DNA of 32,000 nt. It comes from Acaryochloris marina S15. GTDB lineage: Bacteria; Cyanobacteriota; Cyanobacteriia; Thermosynechococcales; Thermosynechococcaceae. How positions within the stretch are numbered: position 1 is the stretch's first letter; every line of letters starts with the position of its first letter. The stretch lies in the NCBI RefSeq assembly GCF_018336915.1, contig NZ_CP064923.1, forward strand, positions 2,490,001 through 2,522,000, given 5' to 3'. This document shows positions 25,132 to 32,000 of the stretch, in pieces. The translations under genes and the position numbers were made by a program. The notes beneath the pieces are model-generated. The model ran no database searches. It worked only from the letters and a program-made list of their open reading frames with translations, and was not told the origin of the DNA.

Positions 25132-28100
25132 TCAATCAATATATTTAACAAACGAACCGTCTAGGTTAAAGGAATTTGCACCTTTAATAATCGCAACGAT
25201 TTCATCAGCTTGATTCGTAATGCCATCTCCATTGGTATCCAAGTATATTTCTGCCCCTTTATTACTGGTACCGACAACATACTGTTGGGCAGATCCTAGA
25301 AGGAGAAGGGTGTCTTTATCCTTACTGAAGTCATTAATTTGGGCAAATTCATCTTGCTTCAGAGGGGTACTACGATTACTTTGTAAAAACTCGACTCGAC
25401 CGACGACATCAAATGTGTCGGAACCTGCCCCTCCTGTCAGGCTGTCTTTACCCGAACTGCTAACTAGGACATCCCCCTGTTTCCCGCCGATTAGCTGATC
25501 ATGGCCTTTACCACCATGTAAATGGACGGTGCCTTGAAATTGGGATGCATCTAGTTTGTTATTGCTATCCCCACCACTGAGAATGACATGTTCAATACTA
25601 TCGAGGGTATCGGTCCAGGTGCCAATCAGCTTGTTCTCCGTCAGCTCAAGGTCAATATCATCTGACTCGATCACGGTGTCAAAGCCAGTACCACCCATTA
25701 AGCGATCTTTACCGGTTCCTCCCGTCAGATGATCGTCGCCCTTGCCCCCTTCCAGGATGTCACTATAGGCACCTCCATCTAAGTAGTCATTTCCATCTCC
25801 CCCTAGTAAATGATCGGAGCTGGTATCACCAATGAGGTGATCATTGCCTTTACCGCCATCGAGGGTATCTTTACCCGACCCACCGGTGATGAAATCATGT
25901 CCACCTCGTCCTTGGATCAGATCATTCCCTTTTTTGCCATCCATCCGGTTGGCTTGGTCATCCCCCTCAAGATTATTTGAGTCGGCGTTGCCGATAAATG
26001 CTGGCGGGGCAGCGACATCAAAGTCTGGAGCTAGGGGAGTACGGGGTGTTCCACCGCCACCGATGTTATCTAAGGCATTGTTGTCAATGACATGCAGGGC
26101 CGAAAATAACTGCATATAGTCATCATAAAAAGGACCACTGTTGTCGGTAAAACTAAAGCCATAGTGGCTGGAAAATTCTTGCGTGACCCCTTTCTCAACT
26201 GCAATAGCATGGGCATCCCATCCGGTATCGTCGGCCAGATAAGCCCCATAGTCCTGAAGGGCATAGAAAAGTTTTTTGCCAACCTCGGTTTGAATCCCTA
26301 ATTTATCTGGCGTCATGTCCGGTGGAATAGCTAGCAAGCTGCCGTTGAGTAGTTCTGGGGTAGCACCCGCATAGGTCTGTGGGCTGATATGGGTGTCTGC
26401 TTTCACAGCAGGCCAACGATATCCTAGTCCTCCACCTGGGCCTTTGGTATGAGAAAAATACTTTTTCGTCCAAAGATTCACTTTTAGGGCATGGCGGATG
26501 GGATCATCACCAATGAGTTCACCCTGTCGAATGGTGCCACCGATGGAGGATAACCCAGACCCAGCATGGGCCCCCTCGATACCCGTTCCATAAATATCCT
26601 CATATTTGGCAACATCCAGGGTATAGGGTAAGCGTTGGCCGTAGACGAAATCACGGTTGCGATCGCGAGTTAATGCATTCACCTGAACTAGGGTGCGGCC
26701 ATCGGGCATTAAAAAAGCCGCAGAATTGTTAGGGGTCTTGCTATTGGTCGAATCAGCAATCAATAAATCATTAGGTAAGGGCAGGGATATTCCTTGATAG
26801 GTGCTGCCAGTGGTGCGACCTGGTCCCCAAGTTCCCTGGTTATAGAGGGGTTGTAACGGGTCATCCCCCTTAAGGATGTAAAAGTGATCCACATCTACTG
26901 TGGCGTTTTTTGCCTTTTCAATCTTGGCATCCACATATTCAGCATTAGACCCAATGGGGGTATTCCATATCGAGTTGGCAGCAAAAGGCCGCAGGGTTAC
27001 ATCCCGTGTCGCCACAGTTCCTCCTGTATTGGTTGTAGAGCTAGTAGTTTTAGAACCTTGAAGCAACCCACTGCCTTGAATGGCTAAAAAACTAACAACT
27101 TCGCTCGTATGGGAAGTTTCCGCATCCGCAGTGGTGTCTTCTTCTACCTTGACTTCTACAGAAGTATTGTGAAGATTACGATAACGAACCCCTGCAGAAT
27201 CGCCTCCATCGTATGAGGCAAGGGACGCTAAAAAATTTGGAGTGGAGGTGAAACCGGAAAAATCAATGGATGCCCAATCATGGGTAATGGTATCTCCTGT
27301 TTGCCCAACTTGATACGCTAACCCTCCCCACGTTCCTGACCCTGACTCAATCGCTAACCATCCCACCGACTCTGACACATGACCAGAATATTTTTTCTTT
27401 TCTTCCTCTTCCATGCCCACCTGAAAGCCACTGACTGTCGTGGCTTGCTGCCGCGTGCGCACAAAATCTGAACCATCCGCAGTTTGCACTTGACTGAAAA
27501 CGATGGGGGAATCCGAAAATTTTTGATTAAAGTTAACGGTTTCAAATCTACTGGTGACCAAGCCACTGGTATCTAGGGTGCCAACTTCTAGCTTTGTGCC
27601 ATCTTCTAAAACCCATGACCCAGCTTCCAAGACGATATAACTAATATCCTCAGCTACATGTTGGCCATCATGATTACTGGGTTCTTGGATATAGAGTTCG
27701 AAACGATTACTTTGAATGTTGTCAATTCGAACTGTTGCAGGCTGTCCACCATTAAAACTCAGGGTTTGGGCGAAAATGACAGGGTTTATGTAGTCATGCT
27801 GAAGTTGGATGGTCTGTTTAAGATGGGTCAGACCAGAAATTTGCCCTACTTCACCTAGTGTGGCAATGGATGTTGCTGACCTAGGAACTGCAGACTGTAT
27901 GGGAGAAGTGGCTAAAGCTGTCCCCGAAACAATCGGTGCAGGTGTCTGATAAAATATCCTGACATTTCGAAACAAGCTATCCGCCTTGGGGTGTGGGACA
28001 TCTTGATCATTGCCAAAGGTTAAATAGGCGATATTGCCCGTGAAAAACTCGCCTACAGGAATGCGGTAAGTGAGCCAGTCACCGATAACAGTCTGATAAT

Positions 28101-28389
28101 GGTTGAACTGGCTGATTCCCCAAGGTTGACTACCAAATAATTGAAAACTTTGGGTCGGACTCAGAATATTATCAGTATCAAATCCAATACTGTGAATTTC
28201 TCCTTGAACATTGCTTTTAAAGTCAAACTCTAAAACAGTACTTTTCGTAATTTGGTAAGGCAGCTTGATTTTTTTCCAACCATTCCCAGATAACTGCAAT
28301 ATATTGCCATTGGATAGAGTGGAAAAGCTCAGTTTCTGATCTTGAGAGCCTCCATAGGATTCAATCTGGTAATTATTGAAATTCAGCAT
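25132..28389 (-). CDS. Large multidomain RTX-repeat (hemolysin-type Ca-binding) secreted protein
   Basis: 1085 aa with no N-terminal signal peptide. Residues ~1-150 look like a beta-sandwich/CBM. Residues ~192-445 are three internal ~85-aa repeats. Residues ~465-789 are the domain shared with the neighbouring lipoprotein. Residues ~806-1000 are GGxGxD nonapeptide repeats (GGSGKDTLDGGKGNDHLIG, GGDGNDYLDGG, GGKGDDHLTGGTGKDRLMGGTGFD). The C-terminus is acidic. Confidence 0.9.
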   Translation of the reverse strand: MLNFNNYQIESYGGSQDQKLSFSTLSNGNILQLSGNGWKKIKLPYQITKSTVLEFDFKSNVQGEIHSIGFDTDNILSPTQSFQLFGSQPWGISQFNHYQTVIGDWLTYRIPVGEFFTGNIAYLTFGNDQDVPHPKADSLFRNVRIFYQTPAPIVSGTALATSPIQSAVPRSATSIATLGEVGQISGLTHLKQTIQLQHDYINPVIFAQTLSFNGGQPATVRIDNIQSNRFELYIQEPSNHDGQHVAEDISYIVLEAGSWVLEDGTKLEVGTLDTSGLVTSRFETVNFNQKFSDSPIVFSQVQTADGSDFVRTRQQATTVSGFQVGMEEEEKKKYSGHVSESVGWLAIESGSGTWGGLAYQVGQTGDTITHDWASIDFSGFTSTPNFLASLASYDGGDSAGVRYRNLHNTSVEVKVEEDTTADAETSHTSEVVSFLAIQGSGLLQGSKTTSSTTNTGGTVATRDVTLRPFAANSIWNTPIGSNAEYVDAKIEKAKNATVDVDHFYILKGDDPLQPLYNQGTWGPGRTTGSTYQGISLPLPNDLLIADSTNSKTPNNSAAFLMPDGRTLVQVNALTRDRNRDFVYGQRLPYTLDVAKYEDIYGTGIEGAHAGSGLSSIGGTIRQGELIGDDPIRHALKVNLWTKKYFSHTKGPGGGLGYRWPAVKADTHISPQTYAGATPELLNGSLLAIPPDMTPDKLGIQTEVGKKLFYALQDYGAYLADDTGWDAHAIAVEKGVTQEFSSHYGFSFTDNSGPFYDDYMQLFSALHVIDNNALDNIGGGGTPRTPLAPDFDVAAPPAFIGNADSNNLEGDDQANRMDGKKGNDLIQGRGGHDFITGGSGKDTLDGGKGNDHLIGDTSSDHLLGGDGNDYLDGGAYSDILEGGKGDDHLTGGTGKDRLMGGTGFDTVIESDDIDLELTENKLIGTWTDTLDSIEHVILSGGDSNNKLDASQFQGTVHLHGGKGHDQLIGGKQGDVLVSSSGKDSLTGGAGSDTFDVVGRVEFLQSNRSTPLKQDEFAQINDFSKDKDTLLLLGSAQQYVVGTSNKGAEIYLDTNGDGITNQADEIVAIIKGANSFNLDGSFVKYID
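26659..26666. repeat. HIP1 octamer GCGATCGC
   Basis: Exact match. Confidence 0.95.
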
Positions 28390-29119
28390 GATCTCTTATT
28401 CGTATGATTCCAATAAATTATTCATTTTTTGACAAGTTGATATCGCATTCCTAATGCTAAAAAGGAATACTTTTCTGGGCGTATAAAAAATGACCACAGC
28501 AAGGAGACAATTTTGAGTAGGCTTAACAGTCCTAAAATTGCTTCAGCTATCGTTAAACCAATTTGGAGTAAAGTGTCTGCCTATGCTGCATAGTAATTTT
28601 TGGAATGCCATAAACTGATAGGCATTCTATTTTGCACCTAGCTATTCGCCAGAAAATCTATTCTATGGAGACAGAAGTACGCAAAGCCAACCTCTGTGGA
28701 GCTATTATCTTGTATTCGTTATTACTGTAAAAATTGTGTATGAGGTCAATAAGCTACGATGTAGTGATGCTTCTTGTCTCATTAAAAATCTCGACATTTA
28801 GATGTCCCCCAACTTCTGTCACTTGCACTCAGGAATACTATCTCTTCCTCAAAAATACTTTGCCATGAATTAACAAGAGAATTCTATAAGTCAATATGCA
28901 TGGCTGATATTTTTCATGCATTGAATTCGAATTCTAATCATGCAAGATTATCTGAGGTAAAGTGTGTTCTGAGTAAAAATATCAAAGCTTGATATTAAAG
29001 CTCTGAAGCAAAATATAGTGCTTGGTTATAGAATTCCCAGAGCATCTATTTTAATGACATGAAAAAGTTGGAATGTCATGATTTTATGATTTGATTAAAT
29101 CGTTGAAGAAGAGATAAGT

Positions 29120-30430
29120 CTATTGCCTTAATATCTCATCGAATGTGTTCTTCATTGATTTAGCCCAGATTCGGTAGCCTTGTGGAGATAAGTGTAGATA
29201 ATCAGGCATTACTGTTTTAGAAATTTTGCCATCAGGTTCTAGAAAACTTGGCCCCATATCCAGAAATCGAATGGTCGAACCATTGTCAAGCTGCTCAATT
29301 TGTCTATTAATAGCCTGAATTTTTTTTCTGTTGGGCGTATGGGGTTGCTTGCCCGATGGAAGAATTCCAAGGAGGAGGATTTTAGTCTGTGGGTTTTTGA
29401 TCCGAATTTTGGCAACGATTTTCTCAATTCCTGTCGCAATACGGGCTGAACTAAAAGAATCTTGCCAGAGATTATTAACGCCAATATTGAGAACGACTAA
29501 CTGAGGTTGTATGTCGTCAAATAGGCCATGGTCAATTCGCCAAAGAACTTGTTGTGTGCGATCGCCACCAATACCAAAATTTGCGGCGCCAAGGTTGCCA
29601 TAGTGTTGTTGCCAGAGCTTTTTATGCTTTCGCCACCCGCGGGTAATCGAGTCACCTAAAAAGACAATATTGATTTGGCGTTTCTGAGTTTGTTTGAGAT
29701 GTTGCTGATGGAGCTTCAACCATGCTTGGGGAAATTTTGGATAGTGACCGGGCATGGGAACAGTGGGATCTTGCTGTTTCGGAGTGACAGTGGGTTTTGG
29801 TTGTTTCGGAGCAGATGCTTTTTCAAGATGATCCGCTATGTTTTTGATGTTTGAGCCAGTCAGTTTGACTTCATCTAACCAGGCTTTCCCCTGACCTTCT
29901 ATCAGCAAAACGATTCCAAACTTATGAGTTTTGGGAGGTAAGATAACCTCCTGAGAGAAGGAACTCCAATCCTGAGTATTGTGGAGATACTTGACTTGCT
30001 GAAATTGGAGCGGGCGTGATTGTTTAGAAAAAGACTGAATGGCAATATTGACTTTGACCTTCCCTGTGGATTTAGCAAAACCGCTGACAGTGAAAGACTG
30101 ACGAGATGCCCCCTTGATCAGTTGAAATGCCTGTCCTTTAGCAGGGCCAGACGTACTAGCCACCTTTAGGGCAGCAGGGCCCTGTTTAAAAATTTGAGTA
30201 TCCCGTGTAATGGAGATCTTGCCTTTTCCCACCCACTGATGATGCCAATAGTCAGGGACCGTCGTTCCTAGAGTCATCGCACCATTACGTAGGGTGATGG
30301 GTTGTCTGCCCTTCTCTTTTGCCGAGGGGGGTGGCGATTTTTGCGCCTGAGAAGATTGAAGTGATATGCAGCCTGCTAGAGTTACTAACCCCATGATCAG
30401 CGAGGCTCCTATTGCTCTATGTCGATACAT
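29120..30430 (-). CDS. Lipoprotein with CBM-like N-terminal domain and SGNH/GDSL hydrolase domain (PAF-acetylhydrolase-Ib-like carbohydrate esterase)
   Basis: 436 aa. The signal peptide has a canonical lipobox LAGC. SGNH block I is IVFLGDSITRGW, block II is NFGIGGDRTQQVLWRI, block III is VVLNIGVNNL and block V is PDYLHLSPQGY. Confidence 0.85.
   Translation of the reverse strand: MYRHRAIGASLIMGLVTLAGCISLQSSQAQKSPPPSAKEKGRQPITLRNGAMTLGTTVPDYWHHQWVGKGKISITRDTQIFKQGPAALKVASTSGPAKGQAFQLIKGASRQSFTVSGFAKSTGKVKVNIAIQSFSKQSRPLQFQQVKYLHNTQDWSSFSQEVILPPKTHKFGIVLLIEGQGKAWLDEVKLTGSNIKNIADHLEKASAPKQPKPTVTPKQQDPTVPMPGHYPKFPQAWLKLHQQHLKQTQKRQINIVFLGDSITRGWRKHKKLWQQHYGNLGAANFGIGGDRTQQVLWRIDHGLFDDIQPQLVVLNIGVNNLWQDSFSSARIATGIEKIVAKIRIKNPQTKILLLGILPSGKQPHTPNRKKIQAINRQIEQLDNGSTIRFLDMGPSFLEPDGKISKTVMPDYLHLSPQGYRIWAKSMKNTFDEILRQ
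29558..29565. repeat. HIP1 octamer GCGATCGC
   Basis: Exact match. Confidence 0.95.
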
Positions 30431-30594
30431 GATGGGCTGCCCATTGTATTGCTGTTAGATTGTCACATCTCTAACGGTTGAATTGGCGTAACCCAGATTA
30501 CTCAATAAGCACTGTTCGTTAGGGTCGTGGCTTCCGTGGGGGGAGAGGTATGAGGATGAAAGCGTAATTTTTGTACATTATTCAAGTTTTTAGT

Positions 30595-30628
30595 GTTACT
30601 CTATCTCTTGCAGAGGTTCGAGAGTAAC
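30595..30628 (+). promoter_or_regulatory. Hairpin immediately upstream of the transposase start (GTTACTCT-N18-AGAGTAAC)
   Basis: An 8-bp perfect stem encloses an inner CTCT/AGAG stem. It ends 8 nt before the ATG at 30637, next to the purine-rich GGTGAGAG. Confidence 0.35.
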
Positions 30629-30636
30629 GGTGAGAG

Positions 30637-31989
30637 ATGGACTACGAATTTAGAGTGATTGTGGAGAAAGTTTCGGTTACCACTCAGGAAGTCGTTAAAC
30701 GAGACACTCTAAAAATCTATGACATCAAGCAACCAGAATCTATTCTAGATCTAGGATTGCGTCACGAAGAACAAATCTCTCTGCTTTCCAAAGTCCAAAG
30801 TGCTCTGTTATCCGAACAATCTACCCTCATCGATACTGGAGTTACGCAGTGCATCAAATGTGGTGGGAAAATAGGCAAGCTTGGTTTTCAACCATCTACA
30901 TTCCATGCCGTCTTCAGCGATCATAAACTCCGTATCCAAAAACATCGGTGCAAGAATCCTGAGTGTCGATGGCAAAGTATGCCATCGGTGTTGAGCGTCT
31001 TTGGCACAGATACTCATCCTGACTTAGTAAAACTGCAATGTGAGAATGGTGCCTTGCATAGCTATCGAGAAGCTCAGGATAATATGGAGCGGCTGAATGC
31101 TCAGCGCCGGAGTGTGAATAACCATGTCCAAATCAAAAACGTGACCAATCAAGTCGGTGAGCGTTTATCTCAAGCGAACACTACCCCTCCAGATCAAGAA
31201 GAGTTACCCACCCCGGCAGCAGAACTCATTGCTCAAGTCGATGGGGGTCATATTCCTACCAAAGATAAAGACAAGCGCAGTTTTGAAGCCTTATCTGGCA
31301 TCGTTTATCGTCCTAGTGCCATTGAAGTAGTTGATAAACATCATCGCCAAATTACGGAAAAGACTTGTGTTGTTTCCGCCTTAGAGGATGAGTTGCAAAC
31401 CATCAAGACCTATCTGCATCATGCGGCACTTAAACAAGGGATGACAGAAGAGACACAGGTCACTGCCTTGGCCGATGGTGCTAGCAACTGCTGGTCAGTC
31501 ATCTCAGTTCTTGAGCCTCATTGCAAAGCATTAGAGCTGATCTTGGACTGGTTTCATATCGGCAAGAAATTCCGAAATGTCAGCAATGCACTGGGTGAAA
31601 CCTTTGCAGAATCCCTCGATAGTGCGAAGGGGAGTTTATGGCATGGAAAAGTAGATGATGCTCTGCAGAAGATTGCCATGCTTCGAGACAACATTTCAGA
31701 TGAGAAGAAGCAAACAAAGCTCAAAGGCTTATACGATTACTTAAAGAATAACAGTGAATATCTTGTCAATTATGACGAGCGAGATAAAGCGGGGCTAGCT
31801 TATACCAGTCAAGTTGCAGAATCTCATATTGACACCCTCATTAATGCTCGCCATAAAAAGAAGCAGAAGATGCAATGGACTCGGGTAGGTGCCCATAATG
31901 TCTTGCAAATCAGGGCGAGTATGATCAGTAATGAATGGAGTGATAATTGGCTAGATTTAGTTCTTCCTGAAGAAGAAAAAGCTGCTTGA
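30637..31989 (+). CDS. DDE-type transposase, ISKra4-family-like
   Basis: 450 aa. It has an N-terminal Cys cluster (CIKCGGK ... CKNPEC) and candidate catalytic regions QVDGGHIP, LADGASNCW and LDWFHIGKKF. The N-terminus MDYEFRVIVEKVSV resembles cyanobacterial proteins annotated as ISKra4-family, from memory and not searched. The IS ends were not identified because the window stops 11 nt after the stop codon. Confidence 0.65.
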   Translation: MDYEFRVIVEKVSVTTQEVVKRDTLKIYDIKQPESILDLGLRHEEQISLLSKVQSALLSEQSTLIDTGVTQCIKCGGKIGKLGFQPSTFHAVFSDHKLRIQKHRCKNPECRWQSMPSVLSVFGTDTHPDLVKLQCENGALHSYREAQDNMERLNAQRRSVNNHVQIKNVTNQVGERLSQANTTPPDQEELPTPAAELIAQVDGGHIPTKDKDKRSFEALSGIVYRPSAIEVVDKHHRQITEKTCVVSALEDELQTIKTYLHHAALKQGMTEETQVTALADGASNCWSVISVLEPHCKALELILDWFHIGKKFRNVSNALGETFAESLDSAKGSLWHGKVDDALQKIAMLRDNISDEKKQTKLKGLYDYLKNNSEYLVNYDERDKAGLAYTSQVAESHIDTLINARHKKKQKMQWTRVGAHNVLQIRASMISNEWSDNWLDLVLPEEEKAA

Positions 31990-32000
31990 GAATTAGGCTT

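Noticed and set aside
25390-25974. RTX region as a DNA-level tandem repeat
   Set aside because: The repetition is at the peptide level (GGxGxD nonapeptides) with variable codons, and I see no extended identical nucleotide units.
25220-27858. Several 66-92-aa ORFs antisense to or out of frame with the RTX gene
   Set aside because: The 1085-aa frame carries clear RTX and conserved-domain signatures, while the others are Pro/Ser/Arg-rich frame artefacts.
29054-29079. Hairpin as the intrinsic terminator of the minus-strand SGNH gene
   Set aside because: On the minus strand the stem is followed by A-rich, not U-rich, sequence. The stem is only 7 bp and AT-rich. The T-tract lies on the + strand side.
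1-32000. Scan for tRNA, rRNA, CRISPR arrays, toxin-antitoxin pairs or recognisable anti-phage defence genes
   Set aside because: I recognised none. Every long ORF is accounted for by polysaccharide synthesis or modification, secreted proteins or a transposase. A formal tRNAscan, Infernal or DefenseFinder run would be needed to exclude small or novel ones.

Overview
All calls rest on motif recognition by eye; no database search was possible. The window looks cyanobacterial: the HIP1 octamer GCGATCGC occurs 8 times. Positions 269-23528 form one co-directional (+ strand) locus of about 20 genes for a polysaccharide. It encodes about 10 glycosyltransferases (GT4-like and GT2/GT-A-like), a Wzc-type co-polymerase/tyrosine autokinase, a Wzy/O-antigen-ligase-family membrane protein and a hexapeptide O-acetyltransferase. 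It also encodes an MsbA/PglK-type ABC half-transporter, an unassigned alpha/alpha-toroid-like repeat protein and four sulfotransferases of three sequence types. This points to a heavily sulfated, acetylated exopolysaccharide. The locus carries recent structural scars. A 122-bp MITE-like element with 18-bp terminal inverted repeats and a 9-bp target-site duplication rewrites the 3' end of a GT2 gene. A 2 x 410 bp tandem duplication (409/410 identical) has a junction that creates a new ATG in frame with a GT2 C-terminal fragment. Downstream lies a candidate secreted remodelling module. It contains a 376-aa lipoprotein and a convergent 1085-aa RTX-repeat protein that share a ~320-aa domain I cannot assign to any named family. 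It also contains a lipoprotein with a CBM-like N-terminus and an SGNH/GDSL esterase domain. An ISKra4-like transposase gene sits at the right edge. I recognised no rRNA, tRNA or CRISPR array.
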